From positions 1,088,001-1,152,000 of the forward strand of contig CAUVWX020000001.1 in assembly GCA_963555815.3 (NCBI GenBank): 64,000 nt of DNA, written 5' to 3'. Of this stretch, positions 39,204 to 49,073 are shown piece after piece; the stretch's first letter is position 1; every line of letters starts with the position of its first letter. Both the position numbers and the translations under genes were made by a program. Under the pieces are notes generated by a model. That model was not told where the DNA came from. It saw only the letters and a list, made by a program, of their open reading frames with translations, and made no database searches. Origin of the DNA: a bacterium (GTDB taxonomy: Bacteria > UBA8248 > JACPRG01 > G963555815).

Positions 39204-40472
39204 ATGAAAGATCACGCGCTTTTGCTCAGCAATCGGCTTGAAAGTCCGGGGTTACAAGAAGGGATGGAAAAGACCCTTTGGATGGAGCTTCAACTCCGCC
39301 AAGTCCTGGGCCTCTATCGGGAGGTGCTGCCGCTGGAGGGCCCCTTGGGCCCCCTCGTTCGGGTCAGGGGACGGGAGGCCATCATGCTGGCGAGCAATGA
39401 CTACCTCGGGCTGGCAGGAGATCAGAGGGTCTTGGAGGCCGCCGCTCGCGCCCTTCAGGAGGAGGGTTGGGGGGCGGGGGGTTCCCGCCTCGTCAGCGGC
39501 ACCTTTCCCTCCCACAAAGGGTTCGAAGCGGCCATCGCCCGCTTCAAGGGGGCCGAGAGGGCCCTGCTCTTCGGGTCGGGCTACCTCGCCAACCTGGGAA
39601 TCCTCTCCTCCCTCCTTCGACCCGGAGATTTTTTGTTCAGCGACGCCTTCAATCACGCGAGCCTCATCGATGGTGCGCGGCTCAGCCGCGCCGAGGTTCG
39701 GGTTTTTCGCCACAACAATCTGAACCATCTGGAAACCCTTTTGGGAGCCTCACCCGTCAAAACTCGAAAGCTTATTGTGACGGAGGGGGTCTTCAGTATG
39801 GAAGGGGACCTCGGGCGCCTTCCGGAGCTGAGCGCTCTCGCCAAACGCTACGGCGCATGGCTCATGGTGGATGACGCCCACGGGACAGGGGTCCTGGGGG
39901 AGCAGGGGAGGGGGACGGCCGAGCATTTTGGGGTGGTCCCGGAGATTCAGATGGGAACTCTTGGAAAGGCCCTCGGGGGCTTTGGGGCCTATGTCTGCGG
40001 AAGCAAGACGCTCGTGGACCACCTGCTCAACAGTGCCCGGACCTTCGTATACACAACGGCCCCTCCGCCTGCGGCGGCGGCAGCCGCCCGAAGGGCCCTG
40101 GAGATCGTGGAAGGGGAACCGGAGCGGCGCGAAAAGCTTCGGGAGAATGCGCACTTCCTTCGTTCAGGGCTCCAAAATCTCGGCTTCGAGATTCCGAAAG
40201 GGGCGACCCCCATCATCCCTATCATGACGGGAGAGGCCGAGCGGACGATGGCCCTTTCGAAAAAACTTCTTGAGCTCGGGGTCTTTGTTCGGGGCATCAG
40301 GCCCCCGACTGTCCCGGAGGGGAGGGGGCGTCTCCGAGTGACAGTCATGGCGACCCATCAAAGGTCTCATCTCGAGCAGGCCCTTGACGCCTTTGAGCGG
40401 GCGGGCAGAGCCCTTGGCTTCATCAGCGGCTGGAAACGGCCTTCCTCTCATCGGGTCGCCGTCCATGTCTGA
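39204..40472 (+). CDS. bioF: 8-amino-7-oxononanoate synthase
   Basis: SNDYLGL, NHASLIDG, DDAHG, TLGKALG, IRPPTVP. Confidence 0.93.
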   Translation: MKDHALLLSNRLESPGLQEGMEKTLWMELQLRQVLGLYREVLPLEGPLGPLVRVRGREAIMLASNDYLGLAGDQRVLEAAARALQEEGWGAGGSRLVSGTFPSHKGFEAAIARFKGAERALLFGSGYLANLGILSSLLRPGDFLFSDAFNHASLIDGARLSRAEVRVFRHNNLNHLETLLGASPVKTRKLIVTEGVFSMEGDLGRLPELSALAKRYGAWLMVDDAHGTGVLGEQGRGTAEHFGVVPEIQMGTLGKALGGFGAYVCGSKTLVDHLLNSARTFVYTTAPPPAAAAAARRALEIVEGEPERREKLRENAHFLRSGLQNLGFEIPKGATPIIPIMTGEAERTMALSKKLLELGVFVRGIRPPTVPEGRGRLRVTVMATHQRSHLEQALDAFERAGRALGFISGWKRPSSHRVAVHV

Positions 40473-40488
40473 AGAGGTCGCATGAGAG

Positions 40489-41874
40489 ATGTGGTCGCGT
40501 ATGAAAAAGGGGGATCGGGGGCCATCAGAGAATCTCGGTTCCCTTGACAAAAAGTTTCTCTGGCACCCCTTTAGCCAGATGTCCGACTGGGAGGCGGAGG
40601 AGCCTCTGGTTATCGTCGGGGGAGAAGGGGTCTATCTCGAGGATGTCCAGGGGAAGCGCTATCTCGACGGTGTCTCTTCTCTTTGGTGCAATGTCCACGG
40701 CCACGGTCACCCTCTCATTGTCGAGGCCGTCTCCCGGCAATCTCAAGAGCTCGCCCACTCCACCTTCCTTGGCCTCACTCACCCCTCTGCCATCCTCCTC
40801 GCTGAGAAGCTCATCGGTCTTGCCCCCGAGGGGCTCACGCGCGTCTTTTATTCCGACAGCGGAGCGACGGCCGTCGAGGTGGCCCTCAAGATGGCCTTTC
40901 AATATTGGCAACAAAAGTCGCCCCAAACCCGGAGAAAGAAGAACTTTATTGCCCTGACCCAGGCCTACCATGGGGACACGCTGGGGGCCGTGAGCGTGGG
41001 CGGGATCGACCTCTTCCACGAGGTCTACCGACCCCTTCTCTTTCACGTCCAGCGGGCTGAAGCCCCCTACTGCTACCGTTGCCCCTTCGAAAAGACGTAT
41101 CCCGAGTGCGAGATTTTTTGTGCCGGGGAGATGGAGGAGGTGGTGAGACAGCATGCCGGGGAGACAGCGGCCTTCATCCTGGAGCCCATTGTCCAGGGGG
41201 CGGGGGGGATGATCAACGCCCCACCCGGGTTTCTCTCCCGGGTCCGAAAGATTTGCGACGAGTTTGAAATCCTTCTCATTGCGGACGAGGTGGCCACGGG
41301 CTTCGGCCGGACGGGCAAGATGTTCGCCTGCGAACACGAAGGGGTCCGCCCTGACCTGCTCTGCCTGGCCAAGGGGGTGACGGGGGGGACCCTCCCCCTT
41401 GCGGCCACCCTCGCCACGGAGGAGATCTACTCGGCCTTCCTGGGTCCCCGCGAATCAAAAACTTTCTTCCACGGCCACACCTACACGGGGAACCCAATCG
41501 CGTGCGCCGCCGCCCTGGCGAATCTGGAGATCTTTGAGAGGCAAAGAACCTTGGAAAAGATGCCCGAGAAGATCGAACTTCTTTGCCGCGAGCTAAAGCC
41601 TTTCCTGGATCTTCGGCATGTGGGAAATGTGAGGCAGGCGGGTTTCATGGTGGGGATCGAGCTCGTCCTGGACCGGGCGAGCAAGAGCCCTTATCCTGGT
41701 GAGGGAAGAATCGGCCACCAGGTGACGCTCGAGGCAAGACGGCGGGGGCTCATCACAAGGCCCCTTGGAAACGTCATCGTCCTCCTTCCCCCCCTCTCGA
41801 CCTCGCCCCGGGAGCTTCAAGAGATGGTCCGGATCACCTACGAGAGTATCCGGGCAGTGACGGAGAGCGCTTGA
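40489..41874 (+). CDS. bioA: adenosylmethionine--8-amino-7-oxononanoate transaminase
   Basis: LWHPF.QM, SSLW, AYHGDT.G, DEVATGFGRTG, AKG.TGG, HGHTY. Confidence 0.95.
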   Translation: MWSRMKKGDRGPSENLGSLDKKFLWHPFSQMSDWEAEEPLVIVGGEGVYLEDVQGKRYLDGVSSLWCNVHGHGHPLIVEAVSRQSQELAHSTFLGLTHPSAILLAEKLIGLAPEGLTRVFYSDSGATAVEVALKMAFQYWQQKSPQTRRKKNFIALTQAYHGDTLGAVSVGGIDLFHEVYRPLLFHVQRAEAPYCYRCPFEKTYPECEIFCAGEMEEVVRQHAGETAAFILEPIVQGAGGMINAPPGFLSRVRKICDEFEILLIADEVATGFGRTGKMFACEHEGVRPDLLCLAKGVTGGTLPLAATLATEEIYSAFLGPRESKTFFHGHTYTGNPIACAAALANLEIFERQRTLEKMPEKIELLCRELKPFLDLRHVGNVRQAGFMVGIELVLDRASKSPYPGEGRIGHQVTLEARRRGLITRPLGNVIVLLPPLSTSPRELQEMVRITYESIRAVTESA

Positions 41875-41917
41875 ACTTATCTGAGATCCCTTTGGGTTCA
41901 AACCGGGAGATGGATTC

Positions 41918-43186
41918 ATGAAACGGCCGCATGTGGTCATTGTAGGTGGCGGTTTCGGTGGGTTGCATGCGGCACTTTCATTGAAGAATGCACCGGTGCA
42001 GGTCACCCTCATTGACCGGCGCAACTTCCACCTGTTTCAACCCCTTCTCTATCAGGTGGCGACCGGCGGGCTTTCGCAGGGAAACATCGCGACTCCGTTG
42101 CGGGCGGTGCTGAAACGCCAGAAAAACACCCGTGTTTTGTTGGCGGAGGTGGTCGACTTCGATGTTGCGAACCGGCGGGTGATACTGCGAGACGGTCAGA
42201 TTGAGTACGACACCCTCGTCGTCGCAGGGGGCTCCAGCCATCACTATTTCGGCAATGACGGATGGGAAAAGTTCGCACTCGGCCTCAAGACGTTAGAGGA
42301 CGCGACCAAAATCCGCCGGCGGATTTTGATGGCCTTTGAGACCGCCGAGCGTGAGACAGACCCCGACAAAATCCGTGCCTGGTTGACATTTGTCGTTGTG
42401 GGAGGCGGTCCCACTGGCGTCGAGCTGGCCGGCGCGCTGGGAGAGATTGCGAACGATACGCTAAAGGGTGGCTTCCGAAGCATCAACCCGGCTGACGCGA
42501 AGATCCTCTTGCTGGAGGGCGTGGACCGCGTTTTGCCTCCCTACCCGCCCGAGCTTTCGGCCAGGGCTGAAGCCTCGCTAGGGCACCTGGGTGTGACCGT
42601 GAGGACCAGCACCATAGTGACTGACGTTCAGCCTGAGTCCGTGACCCTCCGCCACGGCGATCAGAGCGAGACGATTGGTACCCGAACAGTGCTTTGGGCG
42701 GCCGGCGTCCAGGCGTCTCCTCTGGCGCGCGCTTTGGCAAAGGGTACGGGGGCCGAGCTGGACCGGGCCGGCCGCATCATGGTGGGGCCGGACCTGAGCT
42801 TGCCGGGGTATCCGGAGATGTTTGTCGTTGGGGACATGGCCCACTTTATCCATCAGACGGGAAGCCCTCTTCCGGCGGTGGCCCCAGTGGCGATGCAAGA
42901 GGGGCGATACGTCGCAAAACTCGTGCGACTCAGGCTGCAAGGTAAGCGCGTGCCCTCTTTTCGTTACAAAGATTTCGGGAACATGGCCACCATTGGCCGG
43001 GTCTCTGCGGTGGTGGAGCTGGGTCGATTCCGGTTCTGGGGCTTTTTCGCTTGGCTAATCTGGCTGTTTGTTCACTTGCTGTACATAGCGGGGTACGAGA
43101 ATCGGATTCTTATTCTGATCCAGTGGACCTGGTACTATTTCACTCGGAACCGGGCCGCGCGTCTTATCGTCGGAGGCAGCACCTAG
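41918..43186 (+). CDS. ndh: type II NADH dehydrogenase family FAD oxidoreductase
   Basis: GGGFGG, FQPLLYQVATG, GGGPTGVE.AG, MATIGR. Confidence 0.9.
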   Translation: MKRPHVVIVGGGFGGLHAALSLKNAPVQVTLIDRRNFHLFQPLLYQVATGGLSQGNIATPLRAVLKRQKNTRVLLAEVVDFDVANRRVILRDGQIEYDTLVVAGGSSHHYFGNDGWEKFALGLKTLEDATKIRRRILMAFETAERETDPDKIRAWLTFVVVGGGPTGVELAGALGEIANDTLKGGFRSINPADAKILLLEGVDRVLPPYPPELSARAEASLGHLGVTVRTSTIVTDVQPESVTLRHGDQSETIGTRTVLWAAGVQASPLARALAKGTGAELDRAGRIMVGPDLSLPGYPEMFVVGDMAHFIHQTGSPLPAVAPVAMQEGRYVAKLVRLRLQGKRVPSFRYKDFGNMATIGRVSAVVELGRFRFWGFFAWLIWLFVHLLYIAGYENRILILIQWTWYYFTRNRAARLIVGGST

Positions 43187-43203
43187 GGCATTTAGTCTGA
43201 GAG

Positions 43204-43701
43204 TTGCATCGAGGGGAATCGGGGTTTCGAACGGTGTGGAAAGGTGAGATCTTGTCCATTCACGTCACGGGGACCAAGGGCTCCCCCATGAAATCCGTGA
43301 GGGAGGTGCGTGCCGTGGCCGGAAAAGGGCTCGAAAGAGATCGCTATTTTCGGGAGACCGGAAAGTACTCAAAATGGCGCGGACCGCACCGCCAGGTGAC
43401 GTTGATCGAGATGGAAGCGCTCGAAGCCGTGAGGCATGACACGAAAATCAATCTCAAACCGAATCAGTGCCGCAGAAACGTCGTCACGCGCGGGGTCCCG
43501 CTCAACCACCTTGTGGACCAGGAGTTCCGTGTGGGAAAGGTGAGGCTGCGAGGGGTTCGCCTGTGCGAGCCCTGCGGCTACCTGGAAAAGCGGACCGGCA
43601 TTCGGGGCGTCCAAAAAGCCCTGGTGCACCGGGGTGGCCTGTGCGCCGAGATCCTTTCAGACGGCCTGATTCGTGTGGGCGACGCAGTCAAAGAGGACTG
43701 A
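43204..43701 (+). CDS. MOSC domain protein
   Basis: RQVTLI, RRN.VT.G, CEPC, RGG.AEIL.DG.I.VGD. Confidence 0.88.
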   Translation: MHRGESGFRTVWKGEILSIHVTGTKGSPMKSVREVRAVAGKGLERDRYFRETGKYSKWRGPHRQVTLIEMEALEAVRHDTKINLKPNQCRRNVVTRGVPLNHLVDQEFRVGKVRLRGVRLCEPCGYLEKRTGIRGVQKALVHRGGLCAEILSDGLIRVGDAVKED

Positions 43702-43931
43702 AGACTGAAAAATACGCTTTTCGAGCCCCCGAGCAGGCTAATCTGGGACCGCCTATCGCAATGAGCTATCGAAGGGCCCAGCAATCATTCATGCACACTG
43801 TGCACATGGAATTGGCACAAAGTATTCCAAATGGGTGGAGTCGTTGAATCGTCAAAGGAAATAATCCCTTCCAGCGCCCCCAAAACCACCAATCCCGTAT
43901 CCGATTTAAAAAGCGTTTTTATCGTTACTTC

Positions 43932-45240
43932 TTATTTTTGAAGTATAGCGTAGTTGTTATTGGTTATTTTCAGTGGCTCAATCGGGGGACCAAACGTTGA
44001 AGTCAGGGTGGTAATTATAGCATCGAATTCGGCCCCACATGAGGCTATTGCGGCCGTAAGGGTCGAAGCACCCTTGTAGGATTCGAAACGATCGAATTCA
44101 AAGCGGTACAATTCATCGTCTCGAAAATACTGCTTTCCTTGATATTTTTTTTCAAACAATTCTTTCTGATGTTTGAGGTACATTTCACCCTCTGGTGAAG
44201 CCTCAAGCGTTCCTTTTCCACCAAACGCCTCACGTGCCTCCTCCATCGATTGCCCAATCCTGAACGGGTGGAGAATCTTTCCCAAGCCAGTAAGGTCAAC
44301 GCTAGCCAGCTCGGTAGTGCTCTCTTGGACCCCCCACGATTGGTGCCCCAGGCTCGCTCACGGCATCACCACCTTGATCTTGCCCACCAGCAGCCGATGC
44401 GACCACTTCCGTGAGTATTGGGCTCTTCTTGATGATCAGCCGAATCCTTTTGGCGAAATTGGACATACCGACACCAGGGGCAGTCCCGCCGGCAAAGTGA
44501 AGGCCGATAAAACGGCCATCCTCGTCGGAAAAGACTGGCGCGCCAGAACTTCCCGGCAGCGTATCGCAAAGATGAAGGATGTTATTACCCGAAAGAGCTT
44601 TGGGAGTCCTTGCCCTGCAGCCGCCACGCGTCAAATGTTTCGGCAAACCAGCCGGATGGTGGACAACCAGGAGAGATTCACCTGGTTTGGGATCTCGGAT
44701 GTCCATGGATATGTTTCCGAACTGGGCGGCCGGGTTTCCCTCGACCCTCAGGATGACATAATCCAGCTCTTTGTTTTGTTCCACCGGCGTTACGCTGACG
44801 GCATATCGTTCGGTTCCCTCCGGAGTATCAATTCGGAGGTAGTCCATCAACAGGCTTGCCTGAGTGGGTGGAGAGGAATGAGTGCCGGGTATGCAGTGGA
44901 AATTGGTGATGATGTAATCTTTAGAGACAATGGAAGCGGTGCAGAAAGTCATCCGCCCATTGCCTAAGAGAATATCCAGCCGGCCCACCGGTTTACCCAG
45001 CTTGTGAAATCGAGATGCCTCGTCGTACGTCGAAAGGAGCTCGTAGTTTGGGTTCTCGCCGAGCACCTGTTCCAAATTCAAGTTGACCGAGGATTGGGTT
45101 ATGGTTAGGTTGACGGCGCCAAACTGGCTTCCGTCCAGGTACATCTCCTGGGCGTGAGCGACCGTTCCGAGGGAAAGTTCCAGGGCGGACAGCGCGAAGA
45201 GGCTAAGAAATGATAGTATGGTGGCATGCATTCTGGGCAT
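43932..45240 (-). pseudogene. secreted trypsin-like serine protease whose C-terminal domain is separated by a frameshift at a G6 run near 44330
   Basis: Signal peptide; triad TNFHC / LDY / GSSGAP; the alternate frame VQESTTELASVDLTGLGKILHPF joins ORF 43932-44285. Confidence 0.7.
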
Positions 45241-45435
45241 GGCTATTCTCCTATTTTCCCTCTTGCAACCCGCTTCTGGGGCAAAGAGCAAGCTCGAAAA
45301 TTGGAGCTGAAAACACGCCATTTTACCTCCTCTTTCACTACCATTGTCAACTGGAGACCCCTTGCAGCCTGTCTGAAACACCCGAACCCAGATGATTAAA
45401 CGGTCTTGGGGCCATGAGTGCAAAGGGAGGGAACA

Positions 45436-45921
45436 ATGAGCGAGACACAGATGGACGCCATAACGCAGCGCCTGGAACGCCTGGAACGGGGAAACCGAGG
45501 GTGGAAAGTTCTTGGAAGCGCGGCCGTGGCTATTCTGGGGCTCACCTTCCTCATAGGGGCCGCAGGGGGAAAGGGATCTGAGACCTTCGAAGAGGTCCGG
45601 GCGACGAAATTCGTCGTCGTGGACGAGAATGAGAACCGCTGGGGGGAGCTGACCGTGACTCAGGGCACCCCAGCCCTTAACCTCTTCGATGCGAGCGGGG
45701 AGCGCCGTTTGGTGCTGACTGTGGACTCGGGGAGACCGGCCTTCGGCCTCCTGGACGCAAACGGGAACACCCTCGTGGCGATATCTATTGCCCCGGAGAT
45801 ACAGGGCCTCGCAATCGCCGATAAGAACGGGAGACCCCGTTTGGCGATGGGCGTGAAACGGGCCGGACCGGGCATCACCTTCTTCGACGCGAACGCGGCG
45901 CCCGTCTGGAGCGCACCATAG
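45436..45921 (+). CDS. hypothetical membrane-anchored beta-rich protein
   Basis: GGAGG RBS; RLERLER coil, one TM helix, repeated L.D..G..R units. Confidence 0.75.
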   Translation: MSETQMDAITQRLERLERGNRGWKVLGSAAVAILGLTFLIGAAGGKGSETFEEVRATKFVVVDENENRWGELTVTQGTPALNLFDASGERRLVLTVDSGRPAFGLLDANGNTLVAISIAPEIQGLAIADKNGRPRLAMGVKRAGPGITFFDANAAPVWSAP

Positions 45922-45959
45922 GCGAGACGAGGACAAGCCAAAACAAGAGGGGGTTTGTT

Positions 45960-46634
45960 ATGACACGCAATTGGAATTGGTCAATGCTTGTGGCGGTGGC
46001 CGTGTTAGCGACAGGCGCACCGTTTGGCATTTCGTATGCTCAGAGTGTCAGCAAAGAAGCGCGTCTTTATCAGAAACACATGGAGACCCACCCCTCGCAG
46101 GGTGAGGTCAGAACAGTTGAGGGCACAGAGGCAGTGTTGCTGACCACAGACGAGGGGGCGTTCGTGAGTGTTTCAACCCGCGATCTGATACCCGGGAACG
46201 CTTACACCATGTGGTTTGTTGCAATTAATAACCCGGCGGCGTGCGAGACATCGCCTTGCAAGGGGCCCGACGTAGTGAAGCGCACAGCGCTCACCGATTC
46301 CGACGTCGGCTATGCCGACGGCTTGGTTGCCAGGGGGGATGGAACGGGTCGCTTCGCGGCGTATGTGCCCGTCGGTGAGGTTCGGCGGGCCTGGTTCGGC
46401 AACGGGTACAAAAATGCTCAAGGGGCTGAAATCCACCTCGTTATCAATCACCACGGACCGCTCCTGCCGGGCATGATGGACACGATGCTGGGGTCATACC
46501 GCGGTGGGTGTGCTTCTGAGGGCCTGCCAGAAGCGTTCCCGGATACTGCCCTGACGGACGGCCAGCCCGGGCCAAACGCGTGCCACCTTGTCCAGGATGT
46601 GATCTTTATGCAAGACGGGTCGAGCACCAACTGA
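45960..46634 (+). CDS. hypothetical secreted protein
   Basis: Signal peptide ending SYA; 4 Cys; EIHLVINHHG motif. Confidence 0.75.
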   Translation: MTRNWNWSMLVAVAVLATGAPFGISYAQSVSKEARLYQKHMETHPSQGEVRTVEGTEAVLLTTDEGAFVSVSTRDLIPGNAYTMWFVAINNPAACETSPCKGPDVVKRTALTDSDVGYADGLVARGDGTGRFAAYVPVGEVRRAWFGNGYKNAQGAEIHLVINHHGPLLPGMMDTMLGSYRGGCASEGLPEAFPDTALTDGQPGPNACHLVQDVIFMQDGSSTN

Positions 46635-46651
46635 GGAATATTTGCTCTTTT

Positions 46652-46991
46652 CTAAAAACCGTCCAGTCCCTGAGTGAGTTCGCTCATGAGTCCTCTGATG
46701 AACCCGAATGAGTTTGCCCCAACGAACCAACCCACGGCCAGCTTTGCCAAAATCGACCACAAACGCCTACCTGTGTGCCTGGACGCGCTCCTCCAAATTG
46801 CGACAAGAATGAACGCAAAATATGCGGCATAGCTCAGGAAGAAGATAGGAAACGAACTCGATCCGCTATCTACCGATCGCACTAAAAAAGCGCTCCCAAA
46901 AAGTGCGACGGGCAGACCGTAAATCCAAAATGTGATTGCCAGAGGAACCTTACCGCTCCAAAGGTTCTTTATGTGTCGTATGGCTTTTCAT
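46652..46991 (-). pseudogene. small membrane protein, frameshifted just after the start
   Basis: LWSGKVPLAITFWIYG...AIWRSA in one frame; the upstream ATG at 46991 is out of frame. Confidence 0.5.
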
Positions 46992-47189
46992 TCTTCCCCC
47001 GACCAGGTGGCCACGCCCCCTGAACCACCTCAGCATGTCGCCTCCAATCGGCCGTTTAGAGTGGACAATTTAACACATAAATCCCCTGTGCAGAGCGTGA
47101 CATATATCCGCCTTGAAGAATAAAGGGCGGTGGAAGGTGCCACGGAAGAAGCGGAGAGACACCGGACAGAAGAAATGCAACCAGCAACG

Positions 47190-47220
47190 AAAAAGGGGTC
47201 ACGGCATGAGCCGCAACCCC
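47190..47220 (-). terminator. rho-independent terminator downstream of tRNA-fMet
   Basis: GGGGTTGCGGC-TCAT-GCCGTGACCCC followed by TTTTT. Confidence 0.75.
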
Positions 47221-47230
47221 TTGAAATATT

Positions 47231-47307
<77 letters not shown>

Positions 47308-47342
47308 ACGCGACGTATGTTTAGGAGATTTTCAGCCCCCTG

Positions 47343-47732
47343 TCAAGGTCCGTCGTCCTCTTCCTCCTCGATAAATTCATAGACCGTCTCTCCGGGCTTG
47401 ACGAGTCCGAGCTCCTCCCGGGCGATCCGCTCGAGCGTCCTCGGGTCCCCTTGAAGGGTTTCAATCTCCCCTCTCAGTTCCGCGTTCTCTTCTCCAAGCG
47501 CGGATATCTCATCCTTGGCCGCCTGTACCCGCTCCGAGAGCTGGTAGACCTCCAGGACCCCCCCGGGGCGAAAGAGGGCAATGGCGAGGACGGTGGAAGA
47601 GAGAAAAAAGGCGAGGAGAAGCGCCCAACGCCCACCTCTCAGTGTCTCGGGGCGGAGAAAAAACCTCCTCGACACTCCGGCCCGACCCCTCTTTCTCCTT
47701 TTCCTTCTACTTATCGACCTGGTGCGGCTCAA
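47343..47732 (-). CDS. ftsB: septum formation initiator FtsB/DivIC
   Basis: TM helix, coiled coil, ERIAREELGLVKPGE. Confidence 0.85.
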   Translation of the reverse strand: MSRTRSISRRKRRKRGRAGVSRRFFLRPETLRGGRWALLLAFFLSSTVLAIALFRPGGVLEVYQLSERVQAAKDEISALGEENAELRGEIETLQGDPRTLERIAREELGLVKPGETVYEFIEEEEDDGP

Positions 47733-47780
47733 AAGGGTTCTCCCTTCACCTAGTCTTTTCTCGTCCTCCTTGAGGACGAC

Positions 47781-49073
47781 TCACTGCAGGGATTTTAGGG
47801 TGGTGCGGGCCGCAAGTCCAGTGCGGGCGATATCATCCTGGGTGTGGGCCGTTGAGATGAAGCCCGACTCAAACTGAGAAGGGGACAGATTGATGCCTTG
47901 TTCCAGCATGGCGTGAAAGTATCTGGCATATCGTTCAGTGTCCGACCGCTGGGCCGAGGCAAGATCTCGGACAGGCCCCTCAGTGAAAAAGCAGCAGAAC
48001 ATGGACCCCACCCGGTTCACTGTGGCCGGAATCCCCGTTTCCTCGGCGGCCTTGCCCCATTCCCCCTCCAGCTGGGCCCCCAGGTTCTCTAACTGGTCGT
48101 ACCAGTCCTTCCCCTTGAGGGTTTCCAGGGTGGCGACTCCGGCGGCCACGGCAATGGGGTTACCTGAAAGGGTCCCGCCCTGGTAGACAGGGCCCAGGGG
48201 GGCCACTTGCTGCATGATGTCCCGCCTTCCCCCGTAGGCCCCTATGGGCAGACCCCCCCCGATGATCTTCCCAAGACAGGTGAGGTCTGGCTGGACACCG
48301 TAGAGGGCCTGGGCGCCGCCGTGGGCCACGCGAAAGCCGGTGATGACCTCATCAAAGAGGAGGAGGGCACCTGACTGGGTGGTGAGCCGCCGAAGGGCCG
48401 GAATAAAGTCGGGCGCCGGGGGGATGACGCCGCAATTTCCAGCCACAGGCTCCACAATGACCGCGGCAATTTCTTCCCCCCGCGCCTTCATCAGGGTCTC
48501 CAGAGCCCCGACGTCATTGAAGGGGATCGTCAGCGTCTGGGTGGCAGTGGCGGCGGGGACGCCGGCGCTGTCGGGGACGCCCAGTGTAAGGGGCCCTGAT
48601 CCTGCCTTTGTCAAAACGCCGTCGGCGTGGCCGTGGTAGCACCCCTCGAACTTGACGATGAAGTCCCGGCCCGTGAATCCCCGGGCGAGGCGAAGAGCGC
48701 TCATTGCGGCCTCCGTCCCCGAGTTCACCAGGCGGATCAGCTCCAAAGAGGGAAAGGCTTCTTGGATGAGTCGGGCGAAGCGGATCTCTAATTCCGTTGG
48801 GGCGCCGTAGCTCGTCCCCCGCTCGGCCGTCTCCCGGATGGCCGCCACGACCTCAGGGGCGGCATGACCCAGGATGAGAGGGCCCCAGGAGCCGAGATAG
48901 TCGATGTATTCTTTCCCGTCGACGTCCCAGACCCGCGAGCCCTTGGCCCGGGACACGAAGCGTGGATAGCCCCCGACGGCCTTAAAAGAGCGAGCCGGAC
49001 TGTTGACACCACCGACCATGAGGCCCTGGGCCTCCTTAAAAAGCTTCTCAGAGCGGGTCGACATATTTTCCAA
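47781..49073 (-). CDS. hemL: glutamate-1-semialdehyde 2,1-aminomutase
   Basis: GGVNSP.R, SGTEA, GCYHGH, DEVITGFR, GKIIGGG. Confidence 0.96.
   Translation of the reverse strand: MENMSTRSEKLFKEAQGLMVGGVNSPARSFKAVGGYPRFVSRAKGSRVWDVDGKEYIDYLGSWGPLILGHAAPEVVAAIRETAERGTSYGAPTELEIRFARLIQEAFPSLELIRLVNSGTEAAMSALRLARGFTGRDFIVKFEGCYHGHADGVLTKAGSGPLTLGVPDSAGVPAATATQTLTIPFNDVGALETLMKARGEEIAAVIVEPVAGNCGVIPPAPDFIPALRRLTTQSGALLLFDEVITGFRVAHGGAQALYGVQPDLTCLGKIIGGGLPIGAYGGRRDIMQQVAPLGPVYQGGTLSGNPIAVAAGVATLETLKGKDWYDQLENLGAQLEGEWGKAAEETGIPATVNRVGSMFCCFFTEGPVRDLASAQRSDTERYARYFHAMLEQGINLSPSQFESGFISTAHTQDDIARTGLAARTTLKSLQ

Noticed and set aside
45241..45936. N-terminal 230 aa of the 544-aa track ORF
   Set aside because: It is antisense to the better-supported 45436-45921 gene; the protease signal peptide starts at about 45240.
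47655..47732. Tat-like SRRFFL in the FtsB N-terminus
   Set aside because: FtsB is a bitopic Sec/SRP substrate; the match is probably chance within an Arg-rich tail.
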